From NCBI GenBank assembly GCA_047288015.1, contig CM103819.1, forward strand, positions 32,625,354 to 32,689,353: 64,000 nt of DNA, read 5' to 3'. Source of the DNA: Mactra antiquata. Lineage: Eukaryota. Made by a program: the position numbers and the translations under genes. Shown here piece by piece: positions 1 to 12,754 of the stretch (its first letter is position 1; the number at the start of each line of letters is the position of its first letter). Below the pieces are notes generated by a model. It was not told where the DNA came from, did not search any database, and worked only from the letters and a program-made list of their open reading frames with translations.

Positions 1-127
1 AAATAGTATTTGCTGTTATTAAACAATACATGTTAGATGATTTCTTCCCTTTGCTTTGATTCAGTTTTGCATCTTCCAACCTTTGACATGCCAGGTTCAA
101 AAATACAACCCTCGAATAAAACGATGG

Positions 128-133
128 TTTATT
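128..133 (-). terminator. candidate polyadenylation signal (AATAAA on minus strand) for the sulfotransferase gene
   Basis: TTTATT on plus strand about 245 nt downstream (in transcript sense) of the stop codon at 378. Confidence 0.3.
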
Positions 134-377
134 TTTCAATCAAAATAAACGTAGCCTATTTGGCAATTTGCAAATATGTCACCAAGTTTTACAAAGTCCA
201 AATAACAGTAAAAACAAGATCTTGATCTTGATCTAATGGTAACAATGCTAAACAAGCATGTATTCCATACATGTATCAGTCCTCAACATAATGGCTGAAC
301 ACAAACCAGTTCACATAATGAAAAGAGATACTTAACCAACGAATTCATTGACAGGTTAAATCAATACATTAATAACT

Positions 378-1436
378 TCAATTCCAGTCAAGTCTTCTAC
401 CCATCAGAGCAAACAGTTCTTCATTGTAAGGAGTGAAGAAAATCCGTAACATTGATAAAATAGCAGGTGATACATTAGGGTGTGCTCGACCCTTTCCTTT
501 CTCCAGGCACTCAACGCCGTTTGGACGTTTTAAGCAAAAGAATCCACGTTCTTTGACAAGCGCAAAATGAGACTTTGTGAAGTATGGTTTAATTCCCAAG
601 AAACGTTCCAACTCCTGCAACTCTTTGACAGGATTTAAAGCAAACTCATCCCCATCAACAATATGGATTTGTTTTGGACTAAAGAATTTCATCCACTGTT
701 TAATATATTTTATATACATTGATTTAGCAACAATGGTTTTCTTGTCGTTTACTTTACCAGTTGTTTGGTGTAGTATATTTTCTTCCACGGACAGCCCTGA
801 CAAAAACTGCGGACGTCCTACAGTCATCTGCACAAATTCAGATACAAGTCTTTTGATTGGATTACGAATTGTTACAATAAGTTTCATATCTGGATTATAC
901 CTATACATACGTAATGGAGCTACATCGCTTGCAAAATATTGTGCTGAATTTTCTATAGTAATCTGTCCAGGCTGACTACATGGCATCTGACTTACGTACC
1001 ATTCATTTCCACGCATATACCTAGCGTTGAAGTATTGTACGCCTTCAGAGTTCATTTCCATAGCGATATTTGGATGCTCATTTAAGAAGGTTCGTACTGA
1101 TCCTGTACCACACTTTGGCACCCCTATCATGACCACGTCTGGTTTATTTTGTACACAGTTCGCACTTCCTCGAATGTCTTCCCGTCCTAATACAGGCGGC
1201 ATTTCATAAATATGCACATTGTCTTCTTTGCTATATATTGTATAGTTATGTCGCCTGGCTGACATTAACGCCTTGGATTCTGTATTCAGTTCAATGTAGT
1301 AGAATATAACAGCCCAGCATGTTGATAGTACAAAAAGAATGGCAATATTCTTCGGTCCAAAACATCGCAGTGATTTTCTCATTGAGGTAGACCTAGTCAC
1401 GAGACAATAAGACAAATAAGTCGGAAAAAGTTTCAT
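378..1436 (-). CDS. heparan sulfate glucosamine 3-O-sulfotransferase-like (type II membrane sulfotransferase), apparently single exon
   Basis: 352-aa ORF. N-terminal TM segment IAILFVLSTCWAVIFYYI. PAPS-binding 5'-PSB motif IGVPKCGTGS. Family signature blocks WYVSQMP, QIHIVDGDEF, LERFLGI, GFFCL, CLEKGKGRAHPNV, LMGRRLDW match HS3ST1-like sulfotransferases nearly residue for residue (from memory of the family; no search run). Confidence 0.85.
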   Translation of the reverse strand: MKLFPTYLSYCLVTRSTSMRKSLRCFGPKNIAILFVLSTCWAVIFYYIELNTESKALMSARRHNYTIYSKEDNVHIYEMPPVLGREDIRGSANCVQNKPDVVMIGVPKCGTGSVRTFLNEHPNIAMEMNSEGVQYFNARYMRGNEWYVSQMPCSQPGQITIENSAQYFASDVAPLRMYRYNPDMKLIVTIRNPIKRLVSEFVQMTVGRPQFLSGLSVEENILHQTTGKVNDKKTIVAKSMYIKYIKQWMKFFSPKQIHIVDGDEFALNPVKELQELERFLGIKPYFTKSHFALVKERGFFCLKRPNGVECLEKGKGRAHPNVSPAILSMLRIFFTPYNEELFALMGRRLDWN

Positions 1437-1535
1437 ACCAGTATTAGATACATTTAAAACATGTCTTGTTTGTTAACGTATTATGACAATTCCTTATATC
1501 TCATCTATGGAAACAAACAAGCAAATTCAAGCAAA

Positions 1536-1544
1536 CACGTGACG
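1536..1544. promoter_or_regulatory. E-box/CRE composite CACGTGACG about 100 bp upstream of the sulfotransferase ATG
   Basis: Palindromic CACGTG followed by TGACG. Resembles CLEAR/USF-type E-boxes. Position only; no functional evidence. Confidence 0.25.
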
Positions 1545-1970
1545 TTTTTATCTCGATTAGTCCTTGTAAATCCAAAATTTGTTCAGTATTTTCGATGCTT
1601 TGATTTTCGTTTTATTTACACCTAATTTTAGAACTGGATAGTAACTATTAACAAACACTATTCATGTATGTGTTGTTGTTTCTTATTTGAACATTTCACC
1701 ATTTTAACGTAATATACTTAAGACAACAGACATGTAATATTTACATTTTCAAGCTAGATTTCTGATGATAAAATACGTCAGTTGTTAATTAATGGTGCTC
1801 TTATGCCCGCCGGTCAGAAAAAGATATAAAAGGAAAGGCTTGTTGCAAAATTTAATTAAACATAAAAAAGATAACAGATCAGTCTTGTTTGTTTTACACC
1901 AGGGAATTCAATTTGTTTGTTGGTTGTAATAGGTCATTCACATTAATTTGCGTATTTTACCTCAAATTTT

Positions 1971-2145
1971 TGTACAGTAAAGCTCCGCTATAAAGACCAC
2001 ATTGGTTATTGCAAAATCACGAAATTTCTAACTGTTTTTAAGTCCCAAATGCTTAATTTAAGAAGAAAAAGGTCCCTATCTTAAGACCATTTTGCTATTA
2101 AGACCACCAATTTTGATGGTCCTAATAGCGGAACTCTACTGTATA
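1971..2145. mobile_element. MITE-like element with ~26-bp imperfect terminal inverted repeats (tacagtaaagctccgctataaagacc / ggtcctaatagcggaactctactgta)
   Basis: Terminal inverted repeats read directly from the sequence. Lies in the 5' flank of the sulfotransferase gene. Confidence 0.5.
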
Positions 2146-3892
2146 TATTTTTGAACCAACGCAAAGATGAACCTAAGCTATCAAATATTTATTTACTTAT
2201 AAACGTCTCATAGTAATTCAGAGGCATCTTATCTTCAGTTCTGGAGATCGTAAGGTTCGATCATTCCATGAAATGACAAGTGCTACCGCGCTTAGTACCG
2301 CTTTGGATACCGAGATCACTTGGCAGCTGTCGCTCAATACATTCCATTCTCTTTGTTTCTTGTGGAGAAAAAGAGTGTGTCCGAAATTCAAAAGTCACTA
2401 AAATGAATAAATATGACTAAATGGTACATGTACTTCTATTTGTACCAAGGACGTGATAATACACGATCAAAAAGTGGATTTACTCACAAAAATAACTTCG
2501 GCTTAAATGATAGTGTATAAAAAACACAGGAAAGAAAATATTTTTGAATTTGCATGATGATAAATAAGATCATGAGCATTTGAAGGATGATATTTCTTAT
2601 TCGTCTTGTGATACATGTATCACAATGACTTCATAAGAAGTTGATTATATAATACGCGCATAGCTAATTTCTCCGTTATAGAAAACATAAATTGCAAATT
2701 GAATAGGTTCTATATATTTTTTATTTATTCAAATGTCATTTTAGTCGTAGAAAATTATACAAAATAAAACTTATATGATAATCGACCCGACCTACAAATT
2801 AATATTCATGAGTAAAAATGCATCTTCATTTATGACTGACTCCGTTACATGGCGGCCATTTTAAAAAAGTCTTCCACATTTGAGCCGGTTTGTCTACAAA
2901 ATATCTTACATATAAAATCATGCCATACTTTCACTGAATCTCCCCCTTCACGTTTAAAATTGTATTCAAGTCTAATGTAAAAAAAAACACAAAACAATTC
3001 AGTGCTATGTAATTATTCAGCGTCCATGGATCAGGTGTGGACATATATACAGACGATAGTATTTCAAAATTTACGATTTGACAATGTCTAAGGATTGTGA
3101 ATTTAAAGAAAATACAATAGAAATAAATAATACAATGTAACTATTAAATTTAACTAAATATTACATTTTAATGATTATTTTATATTCTGGTTTCGCTGAT
3201 TACGGTTATTGCTGTAATTACAAATAGAAAACAATTAGAAGAAAGTCGGAGAAAGGGTTATCGAGATTTATGTCTTATATAATGTTAAATCACAGGTGCA
3301 ATGGCAAGATGTCGTCAAAGAGAATGACCAATATATCAAATAAATTGCATATTTTAATGTTCATGTGGATAGTAAATGAATGCCTTGTAGAATGAAATGG
3401 GGGCATATATAAGATTGTAATACAATGGATATATCTTATGTACATCCATTCCACAGTGAACGCAACGCTAACCTATTGTGGTAAAATTTAAGTATTTGTG
3501 AACAAATTGCATTCATTTTTTTTCTTGAACTATCCCCAGCAACGTTGGCCTATTGCTAACGCAAACAAACAGCTGTCAATAATATTGTGTTACTGTAAAC
3601 ATTTTAAAACGCAGCGTCTCGGTGACTCCGTGAAGGAAACAGTTTCAGTGGATCCACAATTCAACATCTGTTTACTGCAGTAATTTTCTCCATCAGTATA
3701 AATATTATTCCAAACAGCGCGAGCTGCGTATGAATATACGCCAATGTTGTCTGCTAGTTTAATTAATGATATGTGCACTTGTAAATAATGCCAAAGAAAT
3801 AAAATTCATAACAAAGTGCCTGCAGCATCAGTACTTTGATTTGAGTAGATTAAATAAACAGATGTAACATAATTGATACAAATTTCATTTCT

Positions 3893-4108
3893 CCCTCCTA
3901 CCACTGATTCTAAATCATGTAGGGCAGTTGTCAGTCTGTGACGGAGGTATGCGCTTAGTAACTAGTTAACAGCTAAATCCAGAGAATAAGCCTTTCCAGG
4001 AACGGTGAGTAGGTTGACTGACCGCCGTGATATGACCTATACAATGTGTTGCTACGGTGTTGAAACCCCAAAAAACAAACCAAACAAAAACAAAGTAACA
4101 AATAACAA
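3893..4108 (+). mobile_element. tRNA-derived SINE family A, 5'-truncated copy with (CAAA)n-like tail
   Basis: Matches the body and tail of full copies at 6213-6500 and 49308-49645 (ccattctccctcctaccactgattctaaatcatgtagggcagttgtcag...). Confidence 0.75.
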
Positions 4109-4732
4109 ATTACAACATCACCAAAATATAAATTTCACGAAGTATTCATAATGCCATCGAATTTTATTTTACATTTTCAGAGATGTTTATTATTTTAATT
4201 TTATATATTTGAGAGTGGATGGAAACAACATTTCTTCCCGATTCGTACGATGATATGTTGAATGATCCCTGAGCGAAAACGTAATTCAACCAGTCCATAA
4301 ATACTAGTGATGAGCCAACTATTGCAAAATCGCCGACGTCGCGAAAACAATTCCATACAACCGATAACAGAACAGAACAGAACATATTTTTTATTTAGTC
4401 ACAGTTTACATAGAAAAACATGTGAACAAATTAATAATGCATACAACATGACAACACAATCACCAATAAACAATTTTATGATTAACAGCTAGTATCATGA
4501 CAAATTTGACAGTCTTTTATAAGATTAAAACAAAAATTATACCGTAGTTGCTGGTTACATAACACGGGGATGGTGGTGTAAAAATGCAAAATTTCAATAA
4601 AAGTTTTACCATAATACAAATGGCCTAAAAGTGTGCACTTGTTTGAATCATGAGGTGTAGTGTGTTCGATGGGGGTAGAACGAGTGTGTTTAAGTAGTAA
4701 TACTCAAATGGATTTATTGACGGTTTAATGTA

Positions 4733-4968
4733 CAGTCAATGGACATAAATGAGTTCCCACACTAAATGACGTCATTTCTATTTACGAAGTTCCGTGCATA
4801 ATCACACTTTTCGATGTTGTTATTCTTTCTAATTGGAATTTAAATTCAAGGGAGAATAAAGTTTGTTTTGATTTTGAGTTTTAATGTCAAGGTTAAATGT
4901 CAACAACGTTGTCAACATAGAGCATGACGTCATTTAGTGTAGGAACTCATTTATGTCAGTTAACTGTA
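4733..4968. mobile_element. MITE with ~44-bp terminal inverted repeats (tacagtcaatggacataaatgagttcccacactaaatgacgtca)
   Basis: Near-perfect TIRs at both ends. AT-rich non-coding interior. Confidence 0.6.
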
Positions 4969-5094
4969 GAGCTGGCAAAGAAAGTACCGAGGTTCATTTG
5001 TATTTACAGGATCGCCTGATTTACATTAAAAGAGCAGAAGATGTTATACCATACAATAAGTCTACAATATAGAGAAGAAAATGCATATTATACC

Positions 5095-5330
5095 ATTGAT
5101 CTCAATCTGATTAAAACCCGATCTAAAGTTCTCAGCTCGCGTACTCACTTATTTTACATCTGACAAGCTCGCAGTACGGGTCACGTTTAGCTGACCTTTG
5201 CTATCATAATATTCATGACGCAACTCGCAACGAAACGTCCATTCACAGCTCTGGTAACAAATTACGTTTTGTCGACGTCACGAGAGAAACAACACTCTCC
5301 GCTAAAATAGTATGAAAGATCGATCTAAAA
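5095..5330. repeat. dispersed ~235-bp repeat (second copy at 25430-25665)
   Basis: About 85% identity between the two copies over the full length, including gattaaaacccgatctaaa...gacaagctcgcagtacgggtcacgtttagctgacctttgc. Confidence 0.7.
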
Positions 5331-5878
5331 ATAGTAATAACGACATCCGGATGCTATTAAAAGTGTTTCGTCTAGACGAAAGCCATGCACTGATTAGTCG
5401 ACACAAAGGTCATCTGAACGTGATCCCCTGTGCGACGTCGAGAGATTCTATAACAGTAGTTTTAGGATGTCTGTTTACTGAGATTACATGGATCTACATT
5501 ACTGTATTGGACAAACGGGTCGTACACTTGTTGCGGTCATTTATTTCAACTAGACCGACATGATAGGAATTTAGCAAATATGATTATTTCGAGCTGATAT
5601 ATGACACACTTGAAAACCCTTTTTAAATGATAGCAATAATTAAAACATCATAACCATTCAATCAATTTAAGCGTACACGACCGTTTCGATGATGGTTAAA
5701 CGATCCACATCCGAGGTTGTCAAGTGGGAACGCCATCTCGCGAAGCCAAGAAGATTCGGAACACCTGTTCATGAGCACAGCTAAAATTGGCGTCCTTAGT
5801 AACAAAACGGATGTCACGTGATGTTCAATCCAGTAATTAAGATCGATGAGTAGTACTAACTTTATTTTAAAACTGAGT

Positions 5879-6166
5879 TTACTGAACAAGTCTTCTATTA
5901 GCCACAGCCAGAATATCAAGAACGGCAATAATGAAATGCCTCAGAAATACATATCTAGTCATTTCGTCCAAAGGCTTTCCTGATGCACTTATTTGTGTTA
6001 CATAATCATCAATACAAATAGTAACACTGGAGTAATTAGCATCATAAGATTTATCAACGAAAGATATATCGTTAAAATCATATTCACTGTTTCCAAGAGT
6101 CTTGTTTGAAGCTAATACATGGACCTCCTCAATACCAAGTTCAACTTCATCTAATGTAAGTCGCAC
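5879..6166 (-). CDS. terminal coding exon of an unknown multi-exon gene (…VRLTLDEVELGIEEVHVLASNKTLGNSEYDFND…AVLDILAVANRRLVQ*)
   Basis: Strong acceptor aaaattacatttcag|GTGCGAC at 6166/6167. Open frame to a TAA stop at 5879-5881. AATAAA follows about 15 nt downstream. Phase 0 matches the upstream exon, which ends CAG|gtaagt. Confidence 0.5.
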   Translation of the reverse strand: MRLTLDEVELGIEEVHVLASNKTLGNSEYDFNDISFVDKSYDANYSSVTICIDDYVTQISASGKPLDEMTRYVFLRHFIIAVLDILAVANRRLVQ

Positions 6167-6212
6167 CTGAAATGTAATTTTTGACATCTTAAATATTCAA
6201 TTAGTATGCACC

Positions 6213-6500
6213 CGCCCGGCTAGCTCAGTCGGTAGTGCGCAAGTCTATCCCCGGGCGGGGCATACTTTCGTGGAGTTTGGTCATGAAATTATTTCTACGG
6301 CCATTCTCCCTCCTACCACTGATTATAAATCATGTAGGGCAGTTGTCAGTCACTGACGGAAGTATGCGCCTAGTAACTGGTTAACAGCTAAATCCAGATA
6401 TTTAGCCTTTCCAGGAACGGCGAGTAGGTTGACTGACCGCCGTGATATGACCTATACAATGAGTTGCTACGGCGTTAAACCTAAACAAAAAAACAAAAAA
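6213..6500 (+). mobile_element. tRNA-derived SINE family A, full-length copy
   Basis: tRNA-like head gcccggctagctcagtcggtag...gggcggggcatac, conserved body, A-rich (CAAA)n tail. Confidence 0.8.
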
Positions 6501-6517
6501 ACAATTAGTATGCAGGC

Positions 6518-6832
6518 AAATTTTTGTTTTGTTTTGGGTTTAACGCCGTAGCAACATATTGTTTAGGTCATACCACGGCGATCAGTCAACCTACTCACCG
6601 TTCCTGGAAAGGCTAAATCTTGGATTTAACTGTTCACCAATTACTAGGGACAAACTTCCGTCGGTGACTGACAACTGCCCTTCATGATTTAGAATCAGTG
6701 GTAGGAGGGAGAATGCCCGTAGAAATTATTTCATGACCAAGCTCCACGAAAGTATGCCCCGCCCGGGGATCTAACCCACGATCCCTCGATCAGTAGACTT
6801 GTGCGCTACCGACTGAGCTAGCTGGACGGGTA
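6518..6832 (-). mobile_element. tRNA-derived SINE family A, full-length copy in inverted orientation (tail-to-tail with the 6213-6500 copy)
   Basis: Reverse complement of family A. Starts about 18 bp after the tail of the preceding copy. Confidence 0.8.
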
Positions 6833-7052
6833 CAGGCAAAAGATCAATCCATATAATTAAGTATACATCTTCATAGCGTATTTATACAATTCTGTACTTT
6901 GCAGGGTAGTACGGTTTCCAAAAAAAATGATTTAGTTACAACATTTATCAAGTTGTGATCAATAAGCATAAGTGTCGTCATTTTCTTAACATTAAAAATG
7001 TCTAGAAATAGTAACATAGAAATATATAAGCATTGTAAATAAATTTACTTAC

Positions 7053-7640
7053 CTGTTCACAAAGAAACGTCTTTTTGATGTTGATTTCAGGCCTACGGGC
7101 AAATCTGTAAGACTTGTCGTTCTCTATTAATACATCATATATTTTTGGCTTAAAGAAATCAACCTCATTATTTCCCGATGCCGATTTGATTGTAGTTCGA
7201 CCATCTTGAACGTAATCAACGAACTTGCTTAATTGCGGTGTAAATTTGTACTCATTGTTATTCAAGTGTATGTGCCATGGTTCCTTAGTACATCTTGCAA
7301 GCAAGGGTATACCATACGCAGGTGAAAAAAAATCATCGGCAGTGAATTTCATAAGTTTAACAACAAAAGAATTTACAAATTGTAGACTAGCATTCTCATA
7401 GTAGATATTATGGTAAAACGGTTCAAGTTTGTCACAAGGCGTCTTTATCCAGCGTTGAGGTTTATTAAGATCTTCTACTGACAGTGATTGCAATGTTGAC
7501 ACTGGAAGTACGGTGGACGCTGTAGGAATCAGTTTAACTTGCATGGTTATACCACCAATGTTCCATGAGAGAAACAGATATTTACAACCTTTACTGGACC
7601 TATACATACCCTCGGGACAATATACTGGTAGGCATCGATC
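7053..7640 (-). CDS. internal coding exon (196 codons) of unknown protein (DRCLPVYCPEGMYRSSKGCKYLFLSWNIGG…RRPEINIKKTFLCEQ)
   Basis: Acceptor ttatgccttttcag|GATCGATGCC and donor GAACAG|gtaagtaaat. Length 588 nt, phase 0-0. Open frame with protein-like composition. In frame with the terminal exon 5879-6166. Confidence 0.5.
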
Positions 7641-10394
7641 CTGAAAAGGCATAACATACTTGTGAATATTACATTGATGATACGGGTTGATACGCTGTAC
7701 TACCGTAAAAATATATATATTGCGATATTTTGTATACGCTGCGTAGCAGTGAATACAGTGTAAGCATAAATTTTCCAACCGACATCTCATTGATTGACGT
7801 TGATTTTGACCAAAATATCGGAAAAGACCGCAATTTCAGGCCAAACCGAAACACAAAAACAAAAATATTTCCAATATATCGTGAAAAATAACTTTCATGC
7901 AAGGTTTTTATACGATTAAGAATAAGTTAGTAATTGATTAAAATGAATTTTAAAGAATCAATATTGACCATGTATATATATATGCATTTAAAAAACGAGA
8001 GTAACCGCTCAAGGATTTTGTCATATTTTGTTTATTTACGGTTAAGAAGTCGAGCTCATTTTGACTCAGCTAAGTCTGAAACATCTCATTTTCATTTTGG
8101 AAGCACACTAGAGGGGTGGGAATAGGAGTACTAGTGGGACAAAATCTGTCATTGGTAAACTCGATAAAAACATCATTTGAGATCAAATGTAATTTTCTTT
8201 CCGAAGAATATTTCATTTTCCGCATTTATTCACTAGCCATGTATAAATATTTACTGCATATCTCAATGCAGTGTTTTCATGCTGTGAGTTAAATGATGTT
8301 ACCAATTTGCGGTGTCTTTTGATGATTTGCATCAATTTTTTTCTAAATTATTCTAACAAAACACTGTCTGCTACGTCCATATAGGGTATGTAAGTCGCGT
8401 CATGTGACCTCCGAGATTTGGCAATATTTTCTAACTTCCGGGTACAAACACAAGTTTAACGTCATGGCGCTTTCCATTAGATATTGGGCTACATACGTCG
8501 ATGGACACGCAAAGCTTACAAGGAAGAGCGAGGCATGGGTGGAGAGTGGCAGGGTGCTCCGATTTGTAATTGGCGAAGTTTATCATATGACTGTCACTTG
8601 ATCAAGTTGTTGGGGGAATAGGGTATTATAGGGTAGTACTGTTTATTTTAAGAGAGATTGTGTTGCAAATGTTAACTTTACACCGTGGTCGTAGGTAGAT
8701 AAACATCATTACCCATGATGTGTAACGTAACCTCGCACATTCTAATCTGAGTTCCACATGTTCACGCCAAAGCCTGAACATCATAATAAAAACCTGAGAT
8801 TACGATAATTAGATATAAATCAAAAGACTAAATCGTGCTGTCCCAATTGATTGCATGCATTTCTTGATCATTACAGTGGCGTCGTGGCGTCGAAGTGTCT
8901 TCTTAATCATTACTCAGACCATTTCCCCTCGTAGAGAATTCAGAAATAGATTGAATTGCTTCTTCATATTGCAACATTTCGTTCATTGCTTTGCTAGAAT
9001 TTCATCTAATGACCAATACAGTGCCTTCCACGCTGGTCACTTTTATTTAGGTTAGTAAATTGTGCGTCTGACTCTGGTCGATTATTATAACCATTATTGA
9101 ATCGGCCAATGCTCCTATTACTGTTATTAATTATATCCAAAATCTTTTCTTTAATTTTCTTAACGAGAGAAGTGCTTACCCAAGAGTTTAAAGAGGTGAC
9201 TGATTTGGAAAGCATTTCGACTATATTAAATTAACATGGCATAGGAGATACTAAAAATTGGACACAAAATGTAAAAGTATGTTCTGTGCAGTTAGTCCAT
9301 TTTGATATTTTGATACCTGTCACTCTATAACATGTAATGAAGGAATGTACTAATGGTTCATTCAATCATTCAAATAAAATTAATATTAATCACACAATTT
9401 AGTACTTCATACATTTATAGTTATTTTCCATTTATTGCCATCTCAATCGCTTTCGGCACGATATAACCTATTTGTGTTGATGTGACATAAACCCAAACAT
9501 ACACGTTATAATTATTATACTAAAGCATTGTGTTCCGACCGATTAAATAAAGTCATTGTAAATTTCATAAACCAATACAAAATATTCGTTTATGGGATAA
9601 TATGCCAACCTGGTATTACTTAAAGTAAAAGTAAGGCCCCTTTAAAACAGTTCCGACGGATTTTAATTTGGTGGCAACTAGTGCCAAAGTTAATCCTCGC
9701 TAATTCAAAGACCTTCAAAAGATTCAAACAGTTGGTTCTGCAAAAAGAAACCGCCATACAGTATTTAGCTGTTCTATGACTCATATACATACAAAATGAT
9801 ACACATATTGTATTGAATGAAAGTGTCTGTATATTTGTCAGCCGAATAACCACTTAACCACTTTTCCCATTTGCCCAAGACTCGATTGTGCAAACAATTG
9901 ACAAAAAAAACTCACACATATGAACATATCTCCAACGGTAAATATTTATTGCCCATGAAAGATGTTGCAGTAAATCCTGATCGAGTCCGTTACAACTGTT
10001 ACGTTAAATGGAGCTTACTTAACCCGAAATCCTTCCCTTAGTCTGAATTACCATAAAGTACTTTGATTGGAATAAATCAATTGAAAAAATATTGTATTTA
10101 TATCTATGATCGTTAGAAACAAACAGTAACAGGTAAATGAAATTTTTGTCATGTTGAATTAGACGAAAATTTTTTTCCCTTGGTTTAAAGCTCCGATCGG
10201 GGTATATTTTCTGTCTAGATTTTATGAATGACAATAAATGATAACACTCCATTATACTTTTGTATAAGAGCAGATGCATCTGAACTTGAAAGACATATGT
10301 ATGAATTCCAAGACATTTTGTTGTGACATCTTTGTTACAGACAAATTCATTTAAGTTATGCTAATGACTGGTGTAAATATTTCTATACCTATAC

Positions 10395-11378
10395 TTAGAC
10401 ATAATTACTACATACCCGAATTCGTGACTTTAATGTTTCAGGAGGACATTTTCCTCTGCTTGAATATATAGTTAATGACCCAGACTTCATTTCAAGTGAA
10501 TCCACGATGGTTCTATCTAACAACACTGCTAACACAACGCTACTGAGAGATCGAAAGAAGGGAATTTTCTCACAAAAGTATTTTTCTTCAACATTTAAGG
10601 CTGAGGTTCTACAAGGGTAACAGCCGACACTGGTAAACACACTGTACTTGCTCACAGAAGACATCGTGTATGGCATATTCAATATTCGGCAAATGTTGTG
10701 AAAGGGAGATGTTACCTCACACTCGGTTGGTATGAATTTATTGAAACATTCAACAATCGCTTCCCTGGCCTTTCGTGGAGGGCTAAATACTTTATGTCCA
10801 CTTTGTAATTCAAAACTGATCTGGATTGTCCACATCAGAGAGGCTACATTCTTTCCGTAAGTCCTGTCGCCCAAATAGTAGTAATTCCACGGAACAAAGG
10901 TATTAACATTATTACATTTCGCGCATGCTTCATTGACGTAAGTAGTTTTACTTTTTAAGTTGGTGACTGGTGCCAATAAGCTTCTATTGGTTTTATCAAA
11001 CAGATGACAGTCACCTGTTACATTTTGAAGAATTGGATCCAAATACGAACACGATACAACCATATAAAACGATGATGTCTCAATGCTGCTTTTCTTTTTC
11101 TTTGCTATTATAGGTTGAATACACTGAACTTTTCCTGTCTCAACTAGTTTGTATTTGTCCAAGTAATCAAAGCAGCAATTCAAATTTAATCCACACGTTT
11201 CATTACAACTGCATGGTTTACAACATGATACCTTGTCGGCTGGTGGCGTCGCCGTGGCTGTCCTGTTACAAATGTCAACATAGCGACACTTCTCATACAC
11301 GTACTCAGGAATTTCAATTTCGGCTTTAGTTGCCATCACTAATACACATAATATAATCGAACCAAATAACTTAGCCAT
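10395..11378 (-). CDS. cysteine-rich secreted protein, paralog 1 (signal peptide plus CC/CxC-rich N-domain), single exon
   Basis: ATG-initiated 327-aa ORF. Hydrophobic signal MAKLFGSIILCVLVMATKA. About 30 cysteines. Near-identical paralog about 6 kb away. A TATA-like ataaa lies about 45 bp upstream. Confidence 0.7.
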   Translation of the reverse strand: MAKLFGSIILCVLVMATKAEIEIPEYVYEKCRYVDICNRTATATPPADKVSCCKPCSCNETCGLNLNCCFDYLDKYKLVETGKVQCIQPIIAKKKKSSIETSSFYMVVSCSYLDPILQNVTGDCHLFDKTNRSLLAPVTNLKSKTTYVNEACAKCNNVNTFVPWNYYYLGDRTYGKNVASLMWTIQISFELQSGHKVFSPPRKAREAIVECFNKFIPTECEVTSPFHNICRILNMPYTMSSVSKYSVFTSVGCYPCRTSALNVEEKYFCEKIPFFRSLSSVVLAVLLDRTIVDSLEMKSGSLTIYSSRGKCPPETLKSRIRVCSNYV

Positions 11379-12754
11379 GATAAATTTATACGTCTACCAA
11401 CATCAAGCTGTTTATATTAATGAAGTCCTCTTAAAGTATATATTTCATATCACACATGTAGATATTGGATGTCCTCATTAGAATTTAAGCTTAATTACGA
11501 AACTATTTCGCAATGTGCCAATATTTATCACCATGAGAATTTATTGAATTTCCAAGAACCATTCAAATTATATTTTACATTGACGATTATGTTCGATTGA
11601 ATAATGTAAATTCGCACAGATAGCTAGCGAATATATACAACTGTTATGAGAGGTTTGCTAAAAAGTGTGTATTTAAAAAATTCAAGCATTCAGTTGAATA
11701 TAAAGGCTTTTTTCAAATCTGTTTAGCAAACATTGTACTGTCAGAACATGACAACACATCAAATGGGTGTTGTAAATATTACAATGTCTTTTGTTTGCTA
11801 AGACGTGTGTCACAGTTCTTGCAACTCTGATAATTATTTTTTGTCTCTGTACAGTGTTTTAAATGCATTGTTAAGCGCTAAAGGAAGGTATAAGTTTCTC
11901 CATAAAGGTGTTTTGCATTGTATTTACATGAAATATGAACATTTTATTGCCGTGTCAGGTGCGAAAACTGATATCTAAAGGTGTGTTGACTTCCAAGCTA
12001 GTAATGTTTCGATTTATTCAATTTACAATATATACAAATTTTGAATTGCATTGTTCAATTTTAGTATTTCTAGTATTTTTCAGAAGCTATCAAACATAGT
12101 TTTGTATTATGAGCGTATTTTATCTTGAATTACAAATTAACATCTGCCTTTCTAAGTAATACGATATATAATTAACACCTATTTATTCATCAATATCCAT
12201 TAGAATATTCTTAATTGCATTATGGTTAGTATGTTATGGCCGTTTAAGTATACAATAATATGCATTCAATTCTGAAACAGAATAAATGTAGTAAATATTA
12301 AGCATTGTACCCATCATTCTGTTGTGCAAGTAATAGAAAGTGTATAAATATTGTTCTTTTTCTATTCAGGTAGGGTAGGTTAATGTCACCCAGCCATTTA
12401 TCTTCTGGATTTACAAATGTAACGCAATAATGCTTTTATATCCATGTGACAATTAAACGCAGTCAGTGCTGTTTGTGATTAATTGGTCATAACGCGACCA
12501 GTTTAAGTGCAAAATGGGCAATAATATACAATTAAAATGATGATGCTCAATCGTATGTGACTTAAACATTCATTACTCTACTCGGTATAAAATTAACAGC
12601 CATACAGATAAATGAATAATCATTCGATAAGGTATTCGATTGACCAATGCATGGCTTTATAGTTTCAGGTTTACAAAAGTGTCCCGTGATAAAACGTAGT
12701 GATTCAATGGCGTCGGTTGTGCTAAAAATATCTTTTGTAATATAAATGACTACG

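Noticed and set aside
577-1209. Plus-strand ORFs (132 aa, 60 aa) antisense to the sulfotransferase CDS
   Set aside because: Antisense shadow ORFs inside a well-supported gene. No homology features.
7669-7902. 77-aa minus-strand ORF just upstream of exon 7053-7640
   Set aside because: Overlaps the predicted acceptor and intron. AT-rich, no splice support.
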